A stretch of DNA of 63,627 bases, the filler included, from Octopus bimaculoides (taxonomy: Eukaryota), in NCBI RefSeq assembly GCF_001194135.2. It is 6 parts of 5 records of this genome, joined end to end, with 100 filler letters (N's around TTAATTAATTAA, not from the genome) between each part and the next. Parts side by side here need not be neighbours in the genome. Positions count along the whole stretch, not along the records: positions 29,764 to 41,138 come from NC_068982.1; positions 41,239 to 46,447 come from NC_068981.1; positions 46,548 to 53,874 come from NC_068998.1; 3 more parts are not named here. One strand, given 5' to 3'. The position numbers and the translations under genes were made by a program. Below, one piece after another: positions 39,161 to 52,690 of the stretch (its first letter is position 1; each line of letters starts with the position of its first letter). The notes beneath the pieces were generated by a model. That model made no database searches and was not told the origin of the DNA. It saw only the letters and a list, made by a program, of their open reading frames with translations.

Positions 39161-40380
39161 AATCAGCATTAAAGTAACAACAATGGGCACGGCAGTCAGA
39201 AACAAGAAAACACAAATTGTCGATTCAACACACCTTGAACTTCCAGGTCCACTACTGCTACCACTATTTGTAGCAACACAAATAAATAAAAACATGACAC
39301 GACAATTAACAAACTCCTCTAGCCGTGCTAGGGGTGGAAGTAATTAAATTAACATCTCAAGAATTAAGAAATGCAAAAAGAAAGAGAGAGAGAGAGAGAG
39401 AAGACATACCGCACGACAAAGCTTTGCGCAAAACTGATTTTAACAGCTATAATACCGGTCGATTTTAGTGGCTACGTAATGAGAAAACAACCGGTAGCTA
39501 ATAGTCTGTACTGCGAGCCACTGTTGGATATGATCGCAACTGTTTTTGGTGCTTTCTGCTGCACCTGGCAGAAAAACTAGAACATTCCTTGTTAGACGAG
39601 CCAGACGTTATTGTCACTGTTGAAAAACCATCGGGAGACAGTAAATATACATGATAACTTTCGGTAGTGTAGTCTCCTAAAGGTAGATCAAATGGTTTTC
39701 AAAATGGTGTCGGTCAAGACGCTATCACTTGTTGGACATGCGCAGACCTGTGCGAAAACCGGTGAATCCTGTCTTCTCAACATTCACATCGTGCAACACA
39801 GTAGAATACGTCGTAAATATATGACACTTAGAGAAGATGATGACAAGTTTATATCCAGAACACCAGTTGGAGAAAAATTAGGATTGTAGGTAGAATGTCC
39901 AATCTCACACAGTAATGGTCTCATACATAAACCGTTATCTTTATTGTATTGGTGTTGAGCTACCAACTGACGGCCGTGCCTTGTCCCAAGAAACACGTGA
40001 CAATATTGGTGCGCTTACTCTTTCAATTCTTGTAGAAAGAAGCGTTCTATTATTCAGGAACTGCTGTTTACTGCCCAGATCTCCATATTGGTCCACGGAT
40101 ACCGTAGCTAACAGTACACGTGCATACGGTGAGGCATGTACACCCACAGGAATTGCTGGATAAACAAGATTGTGAACGTATATGGTCACATTTCCTGCAA
40201 CACTTTTTTTCTACACCTTATCGATAAGACCAATCTGCAGCCCATGGTTGAGCGAAAACCGAGGTTTGTCGTTGGGCAAGTGGGATCTTGCTAAAACCAC
40301 ATTGCATTCTACCAGCTGAACAATGTTGTTAGCGAGATATCAATTCTTGTATTTGAGAACCTGGTATGAGTGACATTGCA

Positions 40381-40431
40381 TAGGAACGATTCTGCGATGC
40401 CTAGGAACGATTCTGCGATGCCTAGGAACGA
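40381..40431. repeat. 21-bp tandem repeat x 2.4
   Basis: TAGGAACGATTCTGCGATGCC repeated exactly twice plus a partial copy. Confidence 0.9.
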
Positions 40432-41098
40432 ATTCAGTCATCAATTTGCATTAATCGCATAAATGTCTCAAAGCCGAAACACATCAATGGTTTCACCTGT
40501 TTCGCACTCATTCGATTATTAATAAAAATACTCCGGACTGCGTCGTCTCAAACTAAAATATCTTGGACACATTATTATGTTTAACCATGGGAATACATCC
40601 GATCCTATTCTTGATTGGATATTTGCACTTATACTTTTGCTATTTCTCATTGTGCAGTTGTAATAATATATGTTTCTCCATACGTCTATCGTATATAAAC
40701 CGTAACATTTAATGTTCCAGGCTTGTTTAATCTTACAGTCTCGATGTGCGTCATATACTGAATGTTATGCGCTACTCAAATTTCACAAGTTTATATTTTT
40801 ATTCTGATTTTATTTAACAATAAATTTGCCATTCTCGATAAAAGTTTAACAAATGTAGAATGGTATATATTTATATCTGTATATACACCCATACATACAT
40901 ACATGCATACATACATACATGCATACATACATACATACATACATACATTACATACATACATTAGAAAAAGTAGGCAAACGTTTAGACTTTCGTTTGTACA
41001 TGTTCCATCTCGTTCGTTTCACACATATATTATGCACTTAATATCATACCTAAATTCACATAGACATCTAAATATATACAGAAATACGTACATACATT

Positions 41099-41138
<40 letters not shown>

Positions 41139-41238
41139 NNNNNNNNNNNNNNNNNNNNNNNNNNNNNNNNNNNNNNNNNNNNTTAATTAATTAANNNNNN
41201 NNNNNNNNNNNNNNNNNNNNNNNNNNNNNNNNNNNNNN

Positions 41239-41537
41239 ATGACAGCGAAACGGGCTGATTACTACCTAGCTCAGATACCAGGAAACCCCAAATGGCTGAA
41301 GTTCAAAAGATAGTGCTCATGGGAACTGCCCATACATATCCTCCGTAAAATACTGTCTATGTGATCTCAAATTTTAAAACATTCGCTAGAACAACACTGT
41401 ACAAATTCAAATATATGGTACCCTAGGCATAACACCTACATGAACTTCTAACTTGTTGTCTCTTGAGGTCTCTGGGTGAGACTTGGATCCAACTTGTACA
41501 AATGCAAAGCAAAAGTCAAACATATAATAATAATAAT
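41239..41537 (+). mobile_element. R4/Dong-like non-LTR retrotransposon 3' end
   Basis: MTAKRADYYLAQIPGNP then MAEVQKIVLMGTAH-ILRKILSM* (two small frameshifts), 3' UTR and (AAT)n tail. Confidence 0.75.
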
Positions 41538-41568
<31 letters not shown>

Positions 41569-41806
41569 CTTTTATTTGCCACAAATGTATAATGAGTATG
41601 TATGTGTATTGTGTATCTCTACTAGTGAAACGTATTTATGCATGTAATGAATGCTTCATCAGACGTTGGGTTGTGAAAATATACGTTGTGCGCGCTTGTC
41701 AATACAGAGCACAAACTGTTGGTACTTCCTTCATATTGCTCAGTTTGACGAATGAACCAATCAATCAAACTGATTAATTCAACATCTTTCTCTGAACTCA
41801 ACGTGT

Positions 41807-42298
41807 ATGCTCACTGGCCCAATTTGAGTGTTTTTTGACCCACAGAAGACGTTCTTCCATATTCGCTTCAGAAACCCACGGCTTCTTTCTGGTTTTACAG
41901 CCTTTCAGACCGTACTCTACAAGCCTTCTTCTAACAGTTCTGGTTGATATTTGAGAAGTACTTGCCTCGTTGAAATTCGCACAGAGCTCCGACGATGTTT
42001 TTCTGAGTGACTGACGGATGATGGATCTGTCATCACGAGAGGATGTAACCTTTTATCTACCTACTCTTTTTATTATCTTCATATCTTTTGTCTCTCTGAA
42101 TCGCTTGAGAGCCGTTTGCACCGCACATCGAGAGCATTTCATCTTCTGAGCAATTTGCCTTTGAGACATTCTATCTTCATAATGAGCTACGATTTGACCT
42201 CACTCACACTCACTCAACTCCCTTGTTTTAGGCATTTAACTGTATCTACAGACCCCCCCCAAAACATTGACGTGGTCTAATACTTTTGGCCAAGGCTG
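41807..42298 (-). mobile_element. Tc1-family transposon, left end plus transposase N-terminus (truncated pseudogene)
   Basis: TA|CAGCCTTGGCCAAAAGTATT terminus. ATG at 42235 gives MPKTRELSECE*GQIVAH..MSQRQIAQKMKCSRCAVQTALKRFRET..GR*KVTSSRDDRSIIRQS..ISTRTVRRRLVEYGLKGCKTRKKPW. Confidence 0.9.
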
Positions 42299-43198
42299 TA
42301 TGTCACACTGTTTTTATAATGTGTATACATGTGTATGTGTATACATGTGTATGTGTATATATACATGCGGTGCTCCAGTATGGCCACAGCCTTACGGTTG
42401 AAACATGTAGTAGAGTTGAAGAATATGGTTATATATNNNNNNNNNNNNNNNNNNNNNNNNNNNNNNNNNNNNNNNNNNNNNNGAGAGAGAACGAAAAAGT
42501 GTAACAGGAGAAAGAAGGGGAAAAAACGGAGAGAGAAAAATGTGTAGGGATTAACAGTTCAACATGATGAACTATATGTGTGTATATATATATATATATA
42601 TAGTGATAGTGGTTTCTCGATTCCGAGAAAGAAGATTCCGAAACTTCTTGCTGAACAATCTGGACAGATTAATTCATTATTGTGACGAAATGTTTGTACT
42701 GTATGAATACATAAACTCTCACATCATGAATTCTCCAACAAATCGTCATGCTTGTACAGCTGCAAGTTACGTTGCAGCTATACAATGACGAAGAGCTGTA
42801 CAGATGACGAAGAGATTGCAAAGCAACGTTAGAGAAAGTCGTCAGCTCAAAAACACACGATCTCACGATAGTGAGTGCATCATGCTGACCAGTAGACCAC
42901 ATAGCTTAATACATATTGTGGTATTTCAAGTACTATATAATACAGAAGTTTGCGGAACTTTTACATGTTCTTCATTAAGTGAGAGAAGAGCAAAATTTGT
43001 TCTACATGGGTGTCTCTATAACCGCTTATATGACAGAAAGGGTTGCATGATTTTGTGGACGGCAGTGTATATTTGGTTATAGATATACTATTTTTACCTA
43101 TAGATGGATGTTTAGGCTTGTATGTATGTATGTAAGTATGAATATGTATATGGAGGTATGTATGTGTATATAGATAAATGTATATGGATAAATATATA

Positions 43199-43240
<42 letters not shown>

Positions 43241-43559
43241 CATAGAAATCGTATCAATTTTTTTTGTCATAACTTGCCTGAAGATCCAGTTTACCTACAG
43301 GTAACAAGATGATTCTACCAACATTGCGCGCGCGCGCGTGTGCAGTATATGTAAACATAGGATTGTGCATGTGCTTATAGCAACGTATATTTATCAGATG
43401 CTGTTGCAGTGATGGTATTGATGACGCCGGTGGTACAGATGGCGGCTTCGTGTATCGTTTTTCCCTCAAAGTTAACCCAGGCTCTCGCACACTCACACAC
43501 ACATTCATACACATACACATACATACATATACACATACATACATATATACATACATGTA

Positions 43560-43616
<57 letters not shown>

Positions 43617-43994
43617 GGATGTAAATGTATGCAGGATTGTATACCCTCACCAGGATTGTATACCATTAGTAATTTCCAGCAGCGAACTAATCAGTTCAAC
43701 TAAGAAATTCCAAGTGATTATGGTATTTGCTTGGCTCCAACTATTTACAAATCCTTACATATAATTAGTGTTTGTCGATTTTGACTTTTATTTTCATTTT
43801 CTCGTTCGGTTTTGGGGTTTTTTTCTTTTAAATTTTATACAATTTTTAGTTTAGTCTGTATTTTCTGTTTTTGTTTTTACTGATATTATTTGATATGAAT
43901 TCATCTTTCTGGCTTATGATCATGCATTCAGTTGCACATATATATATATATATATGAATATATTCTGTATGTATGCATGTGTATATGCATATAT

Positions 43995-44042
<48 letters not shown>

Positions 44043-44503
44043 ATATACAAAATTTCTTTAAGCAAGTAAATACAAATTATTATATATTCGCCTTGATATA
44101 GTTTTCTTTCGTCCCGACTTTACTGCTTTATTCATACTCTAAACTTTTATTCATATATATTCCATCATCTTTGAACATATCTCTTACCCTTCCTCCTCCC
44201 CCTCCTCCTCATCTCCCCTCTTCCTCCCCCTCCATCCCCCTCTCCTCCTCCTCCTCCTTCTTCTTCTTCTCTCTCACTCTCTTTCCCTCTTTCTCTCTTT
44301 CTCTCTCCCTCTCTCTTTCTCTGTCTCTCTCACACACATATACATTTACCCTCCCACCACACTTCTTCTTGTTTTGCATCCCTAGTTTATATTTGCATCA
44401 TCGGTAGTGTATTTCTATGTATACATACGCACACACACACACACACAAACACATATACATATATATATGTATGTATACGTGTGTGTGTGTGTGTGCATTA
44501 TAT

Positions 44504-44535
<32 letters not shown>

Positions 44536-46031
44536 GTATATATATATATATATATATATATATTTACATATATATATATGTTCATATATATATATACATT
44601 TACATATATATGCATGTTCACATACATATATATATACATTCACACACACACACACATCTAACTTTATCCAACAACTTTCTACTCACCCATCCCACCTCCC
44701 TTCCAGGCATTTTCCTTGAACAAATATTTTTTTTTCTTTTACATATTTTTGTATACATATATTGGATCCTTTCTTTTCGTTTCCATTTTTCTTTCGGGTT
44801 TCAGTTTGATTTACCTTTCAAACTTACCCAAACCTAATATTTAATAATTTTTCCAAAATTTTTATAAAGATTGGACAGCAATTTGAGGCTGAAGTTCCAA
44901 CATATAAAAGATGAAATTTCGTATAGTGTTCTAGTGATGGCGGCGGAGGCGGCGATGGTGCTGTTGTTGGTAGTGGTGGGTGAATTATTGTATTAGACAA
45001 ACAAACCTAACAAGCAGCTATATCTATCCAACAAGCCACCAGGGCATCTTATAATCCGGTTGATGAGAAATCAAATAAACTAGCAAACAAAACAATGTTG
45101 AACATTGATATAAACCAATGAACTAGCATATATATATATATATATATANNNNNNNNNNNNNNNNNNNNNNNNNNNNNNNNNNNNNNNNNNNNNNNNNNNN
45201 NNNNNNNNNNNNNNNNNNNNNNNNNNNNNNNNNNNNNNNNNNNNNNNNNNNNNNNNNNNNNNNNNNNNNNNNNNNNNNNNNNNNNNNNNNNNNNNNNNNN
45301 NNNNNNNNNNNNNNNNNNNNNNNNNNNNNNNNNNNNNNNNNNNNNNNNNNNNNNNNNNNNNNNNNNNNNNNNNNNNNNNNNNNNNNNNNNNNNNNNNNNN
45401 NNNNNNNNNNNNNNNNNNNNNNNNNNNNNNNNNNNNNNNNNNNNNNNNNNNNNNNNNNNNNNNNNNNNNNNNNNNNNNNNNNNNNNNNNNNNNNNNNNNN
45501 NNNNNNNNNNNNNNNNNNNNNNNNNNNNNNNNNNNNNNNNNNNNNNNNNNNNNNNNNNNNNNNNNNNNNNNNNNNNNNNNNNNNNNNNNNNNNNNNNNNN
45601 NNNNNNNNNNNNNNNNNNNNNNNNNNNNNNNNNNNNNNNNNNNNNNNNNNNNNNNNNNNNNNNNNNNNNNNNNNNNNNNNNNNNNNNNNNNNNNNNNNNN
45701 NNNNNNNNNNNNNNNNNNNNNNNNNNNNNNNNNNNNNNNNNNNNNNNNNNNNNNNNNNNNNNNNNNNNNNNNNNNNNNNNNNNNNNNNNNNNNNNNNNNN
45801 NNNNNNNNNNNNNNNNNNNNNNNNNNNNNNNNNNNNNNNNNNNNNNNNNNNNNNNNNNNNNNNNNNNNNNNNNNNNNNNNNNNNNNNNNNNNNNNNNNNN
45901 NNNNNNNNNNNNNNNNNNNNNNNNNNNNNNNNNNNNNNNNNNNNNNNNNNNNNNNNNNNNNNNNNNNNNNNNNNNNNNNNNNNNNNNNNNNNNNNNNNNN
46001 NNNNNNNNNNNNNNNNNNNNNNNNNNNNNNN

Positions 46032-46077
<46 letters not shown>

Positions 46078-46547
46078 TTAGTTGTGTGCTTATGTAAATA
46101 TATACGTGTGTGTATGGGTGTGTGTACACACACACACTCATACATACATACATACATACATACATACATACATACATACATGTAAGTATACATATGCATG
46201 AATATATGTATGTGTATATGTCCACAGAGAGTGACCGAAAGATATACATGTGCACGTGTGATCGTATGTGTGTTTATGCGTGTGGCATGGATGTCTGTGT
46301 GTACTTCTCAATGCAATGAGAGTGATTAGCTGAGATACTTTGCTTAAGACTTCTTAAGTCTATCACTATTATACCCGGGTACAGTAGTGCTCGGATTTCT
46401 CCGGTGACAGGATGCGGGATTTAAACTCAAAATTAAAAGAGCTAAAANNNNNNNNNNNNNNNNNNNNNNNNNNNNNNNNNNNNNNNNNNNNTTAATTAAT
46501 TAANNNNNNNNNNNNNNNNNNNNNNNNNNNNNNNNNNNNNNNNNNNN

Positions 46548-46609
<62 letters not shown>

Positions 46610-46988
46610 GAGAGAGAGATGAAATATATATAATAGACTCTCCTATCATTAGACGACACATAAGGGTTCGACAATTTCTTACCGAACAACCACACAACTG
46701 ATTCGTTTGTAGTGATGAAATAACGTTTGTGCAGACATAACCTCCCTCCCTCCATCAAATCGGCATTGCATGTACAGGTGCACCTTTCCATTTTAAGTTG
46801 TGCTTGTTCATGCACCATTCCTGAATATGTTTTTAAATGTGTCACTGTTTTTGTCCCTTTAATTGAGATTATGAGATATAAGAAACGATATAATAGCTGT
46901 TAGCCGTATACCTGGTGTCAAAAGGTTATATGTTCTTTTAAATCCTTTGCAACAGAGTCTACTTTTGTCACAGACCAACGAATGGATG

Positions 46989-47422
46989 AATTGCATTAAT
47001 AAAGAAAAAAACGAAACCATTAAAGGTTATGCGCTTGTACTTGTTTATATATGTGGATGTGACTGTCTTTCTGGAAGTATGTATATGGCTAACGAATCAG
47101 ATAGCTAGACAGAAGGTTAAAGGGAAGATTGATTACAAATTAAAAAAAAAAGAATATTAATAAACATGATATACAGCTTTTCATATAAAGTGCATTAATA
47201 AAGAAAAAAACAGCTTTTCACATTAATTGCATTAATAAAGAAAAAAACGAAACCATTAAAGCACTTGTACTTGTTTATATATGTGGATGTGCCTGTCTTT
47301 CTGGAAGTATGTATATGGCTAACGAATCAGATAGCTAGACAGAAGGTTAATGGGAAGATTGATTACAAATTAAAAAAAAAAAAAGAATATTAATAAACAT
47401 GATATACAGCTTTTCATATAAA
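46989..47422. repeat. ~200-bp direct tandem duplication with a 35-bp composite spacer
   Basis: 46989-47189 matches 47225-47422 with few differences. Confidence 0.95.
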
Positions 47423-47978
47423 TACTTACCAACAAAGAGAAAAGACACTGCTAAGATATATTTCATCGTGTATGTTAGAAAACAATATCTGTTGCTTTAA
47501 GAATCGCAGGAAACTGAACCTATTTTTATATTAAAAGAAAAAAATTGGAACTAATAGGCTGCAACATGTGTTACCCATGAGCATATTTCACGTGCGTATG
47601 CTCTTGTATTATGTTATATATTCACAAGTTTATGCATATGTATATGTGTACTTGCGTATGTATGCATTCTTTGTTTGGAGCAGGACAATTGATCTTCGTT
47701 TAGATGACATATACATGAGAGTTTAATGATTTAGTTGACAAGATGATTTGTTTATGAGCTCTCAGTTAGTTATTCTCTTCAATGTATCTGTTTATCAATG
47801 CTTAATTCTTAAATGTTTTCTTTTTTATGTCAAATGTATGTATGCATGTATCTTTGTGTGCGTATCTGAGTATGTATGTACGTACGTATGCATGTATGTA
47901 TGTATGTATGTATGTATCAATCTATCAATCTATCTATTTATCTATTTATCTCTCTACAAATCTCTCTCTCTCTCATAT

Positions 47979-48024
<46 letters not shown>

Positions 48025-48106
48025 NNNNNNNNNNTGTGTGTGTACATGCGTGTTTGTGTGTACATGCGTGTGTGTGTGCATGTGTGTATGTGTATATATG
48101 TATGGG

Positions 48107-48138
<32 letters not shown>

Positions 48139-49118
48139 TGTATGTATGTATGTATGCATGCATATTACTGGATCAAACCATTGGCTACATTATCGGATGT
48201 TATATATATCGCTGGTTGAATTGCCTTTCCATTTCTTTTGAGATTCTGACATGTTCTCCTGTTTCAGAATACTGTTCAGATATATAACAACAATAAGAAG
48301 AATTTGTTATATGTATTGAAGTGTTAATATCTGCAGAAACCAGACATTAACATATCCCGTTATAGCACGAGCAAAATCCGTTTAAGGGACAGATGACAAA
48401 CGTTAATGGACGAAACGCTCAGCAACTGAGATACTTTGTTACATCTATCGTTCACGTGAAATTTATATGGATTCATGTTTTGAGGTCTCCCTTACTGTGC
48501 GTGTATTAGCAAACCAACATGTGTATGTGTGTGTTTACATGTATGTGTGTGTGCATGGACGTGCAGTTGTCTGTCCATATCCAATACACATAGACAATAA
48601 CTCCAATACATTTTTGGTCCGTTACGTAGAAAGTGGATAATTAGAACGCGATAGAATAAATGACAAATATAAAAACACAGAATATTGGCATTTTAGTAGG
48701 AAACCCATATGGAAAGTTCGGCCTATATGGCGTTACTGTTTGTATGGTTAGTCTTGCATGAACGTTCACTCATTTTGATGAGAGTAAAGCATGAAATTTA
48801 TAGACATATCAAGCTTTGATGTATAGAATAGCATTTTTAAATGGGATTCGTAAACATATGTTGTTTTGTACACACACTCTTATATCATATTATTATACGA
48901 TTCTTTTGTTTCAGACATTAAACAGTTGCCGTGCAGCGATATCTCATTGAAGGCTGTATTCAATAAAATAGGCCACTATTTTATTTTCCTAAATCTGCTA
49001 CACATACCATTGCAGTTTTGTTTGATTATACTGCACATCTTATTCATGAAAGGTAAAGGAATCAACATCAGTTATCAAACTATTAGAGACAAACTAATTG
49101 AAGGATACGTGTGTACTG

Positions 49119-49160
<42 letters not shown>

Positions 49161-49207
49161 ATACACGCACACACATAGATATATAAGTACACACACACCC
49201 TCACCAC

Positions 49208-49238
<31 letters not shown>

Positions 49239-49355
49239 NNNNNNNNNNNNNNNNNNNNNNNNNNNNNNNNNNNNNNNNNNNNNNNNNNNNNNNNNNNNNN
49301 NNNNNNNNNNNNNNNNNNNNNNNNNNNNNNNNNNNNNNNNNNNNNNTATATATAT

Positions 49356-49999
49356 GGCGAGGTATGTGGGACATACCGGGAGGCCTGCTTCAAGCACGGG
49401 TTGCTAGAATAAGGGACACAATGTCATGCATCACTGGCAGAGGCCGCTACATCAAAGTCCCCAAAAAGTCTCAGAGCATTGTTTGCACTGATACTGCAAG
49501 CATGCTTGTTACGTGATCCCAGTTCTGTGTGGTTCGAGTTCAGGGATGTGGAAAGGGAGAGGACATCTTCATACCGAGGCTTCCCCTCATTCCGTCGGGA
49601 ACGGTAATCCACTTTACTTTCAGACAGTTGCAATTTCCTGTTCGTGTAAGTTATGCGATCCCGCGGGACAAACACTCTCTGTGGTAGGACGTCACCTGAA
49701 GCGCTGTCGAAGATGGTATGTTTGCACAGATGTTGCATGTGTTTACTGAAACATTGACTGTTTGTACGTTTTAGAAATTTTAAATTTCAATATTCTGTCT
49801 TTTTTAGTTGTATTTTTATCAATTTCAAGTCGTTTCACATCCACATATATTTCAGATTTTCTGGGTGAAAAAACCTGTATTTTCTCTATTTTTCCGGTTG
49901 TGACATATTTTAAGAATATTTTGTATGTTTTTGTGGAGTTAGGTATGGGATTCTGTAAGTTATTCAAAAAAGCATCGGCAACGCTGGTAGTTAGACTAG
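49356..49999 (+). mobile_element. Internally deleted Helitron (Rep-Hel fragments and 3' terminus)
   Basis: TYREACFKHGLL..LAEAA..PKSLRALFALILQAC..DP..W, then GEDIFIPRLPLIP..FRQLQFPVRVSYA and GQTLSVVG (PIF1-like helicase motifs). 3' hairpin TCGGCAACGCTGG followed by CTAG at 49996-49999. Confidence 0.85.
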
Positions 50000-50517
50000 A
50001 AAATACGTGTTTTTAAAATGACGAAGTATTCGCACCCCGAGCATAATAATTATCATAGAGAGAATCTAACTGCTATAGCATATCAAATGCTATACTACAG
50101 ATTTAGAAGACAAATAAATTACTCAGTAAAGATTCAGTTGAATTGAAGAATGCGTAGCCTAAAGTCAACAAAATACAACAACACTTCCTAAAAGTCCCTT
50201 TATGTAGCAGGAATTTTCCCAACATTGTCCCCTTCTGTCAAAATTGCAATATATCACAAACAAAAGCTTTTTATCGTAACACTTTATTACTATATTTGTG
50301 ATTTCGTTTCAGGCATCAGGTTCTCTTGTTACTGTCCTATAAATAGAAGAAATTAATGAATATATTGACATAGGCATTGTCTCTATTGTGTTCCAAAGAT
50401 GTAAAGAATTTTATTGGAAATGTAATGCAAAATGCTTAAAAGTAATATCACTGTATTGTTATATTATTACCTATTACTTATATAAGACTTCGTGAATACA
50501 TAGTATTGTAATAACTA

Positions 50518-50968
50518 TATTACAATAACATTATAGCATTTTATTTGTAATATGAAAGTCAGAACTGTTATTTACGATAATTGAAAGAGTTTATTCGATG
50601 ATATGTTTTTACTGTTAATAGTAATATAGATATATGTTTATTGGAAAGCAGTGTGATAGATACAATGTTCCGTGAAACATTGCTATAACAAGTACATCAA
50701 ATTTTAATCTAGTTTTAATAAAGACCGGAGTAATATCCTTCATATTTTAGCGGCACTGTATATACAGATCACTAATTCGCACTGTAATGTTGATGATACA
50801 AGCATTCAATTAATCGAAATCCGTATTTAGTTTAACCGAATTGTATCTATCAAACTGCTTTCCAATATTAACAGTAAAAATATATCATCGAATAAACTCT
50901 TTCAATTATTGTGAATAACAGTTCTGACTTTCATATTACAAATAAAATGCTGTAATGTTATTGTAATA
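50518..50968. mobile_element. AT-rich foldback MITE, arms ~130 bp
   Basis: 50518-50666 is the reverse complement of 50840-50968, apart from a ~20-nt insertion in the left arm and a few substitutions. Both ends are TA. Confidence 0.85.
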
Positions 50969-51364
50969 ATGGACTTATTCTTTGTAAGCGCAGTATTTAA
51001 TCTATCGGTCTCTGTGCCGAACCGCTAAGATTTGTGGACGTCAACACACCAACATCGGTTCACAAGCAATGGTGGGGACACAGTTAGGCTGTGTGGTAAG
51101 AACCTTACTTCTCAACCACAGCCTTGAGAGTGGATCTGCAGGACGGAAACTCAAAAAACCCAGTGGTATATATATATATACCACTGGNNNNNNNNNNNNN
51201 NNNNNNNNNNNNNNNNNNNNNNNNNNNNNNNNNNNNNNNNNNNNNNNNNNNNNNNNNNNNNNNNNNNNNNNNNNNNNNNNNNNNNNNNNNNNNNNNNNNN
51301 NNNNNNNNNNNNNNNNNNNNNNNNNNNNNNNNNNNNNNNNNNNNNNNNATATTATAAATAAATA

Positions 51365-51397
<33 letters not shown>

Positions 51398-51415
51398 GTG
51401 TGTGTGTGTGTGTGT

Positions 51416-51451
<36 letters not shown>

Positions 51452-52132
51452 CAGAGTTTGCGTAGGCGTAAATTTTATCCTTACCTAATAAATTTAGATC
51501 CTATCACACAAAGATGAATATCATCAATATGAATATCATTTTTGTTAGGAGAGACAAAGTATTACTCTTCGGGACGTTGCTTCGAGGGTTAAGTTCGTCT
51601 GGAACGCACAGAAAGCTTCGTAATTTAAATGAACTTTTAAATGTTACGAAAAAATTAATTTTACTAACATATACATTATTTCTGATCAATGCTACTTCTG
51701 ATTTCGGTTTTGCATTCAGCTTACAAGATTCTTTATATGAATTCATGTGTTAAAACAAATTTTGTTTTGTCTAGGGAGAATCATTATGCCCATATTAATT
51801 TCATTCGCACACTGGTTCAGTTTCAGTCCGATATTATTAGACAATTGTCTAAATATCTATCAAACAAACTAATCGATCATTTGTTTAACTTGTTGGTTAA
51901 TCAGTCAGTTGCATGTTTTTTTTTGTTTTTTTTTTGCTTTTTATTTTGTTTCGGCGATCGATTAACTCTTAGTATACATAGTTTAGGACTTCACTAATAA
52001 TAAAGGAGTGGAATCGAAACAGTGCTCGTGCTTTTAACATTGACATTTCTGATATTCTATGAATAATTTCTCTTATTGATCTCACTCATATGAGCTGATA
52101 TATTATGTAGCGATACAATTACTAGTGTCCAA

Positions 52133-52358
52133 TAACTCTTTTGCTGCCAAACCGCCTGAAACCGCCTCTGGCTCTGTAGTACAAATTTCTTATTTTCAAA
52201 AGTTCTGAATCAAAATCTTGAAACAAATTTTAAATTACAATTTATGTTTCTAACACTGGCTCAATAATAACTCTGCTATTTTACTAAATTCTTTGTTATA
52301 CCTAAAATTAGTTGAAAGAAACACAAAAAGGAATAGAAATATGGTAACAAAAGGATAA
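52133..52358. mobile_element. Second, more diverged copy of the piggyBac-like MITE
   Basis: Shares GAAACC.CTCTGGCTCTG.AGTACAAAT, ACAATTT.TGTT.CTAACACT and TATTTTACTAAATT with 14832-15153; has only one copy of the 16-bp unit. Confidence 0.55.
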
Positions 52359-52466
52359 ATATAGCTAAATGGAAATGATTATTTCACCGGGATTAGTTTG
52401 TAATATCGGGCACAAACACAATATGAATACATTTATAAAAAAAGAATTGCTGCAATTTTTTTATGA

Positions 52467-52690
52467 AGGTTCGTCGCCTAGCAGTTAGGGTGTTGAACTC
52501 ACGATCGCTCGATTGACCGTTCGGGTGGTACGTTGTGTTATTGAGCAGAACACTTCGTTTCATGTTCTTCCTGTCCACTCAGCCGTAAACGGATAAGACT
52601 ATGAAGGAATATATTTCAGATCAGTGGAATGCCAGCCTGCTCGCCCAACGAGGAGTGGCATCGTTCGAGGGCTAAAACGTTGCATTGTGA
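52467..52690 (+). mobile_element. Degenerate tRNA-headed SINE related to family D
   Basis: GCCTAGCAGTTAGGGTGTT head and GTTGTGTTATTGAGCAGAACAC. Confidence 0.45.

Noticed and set aside
44866-44910. IGQQFEAEVP, ELM2-like
   Set aside because: Ends in a stop after 14 codons; no supporting exons.
48388-48425. CAGATGA...GAAACGCTC
   Set aside because: Core mismatch and no stems.
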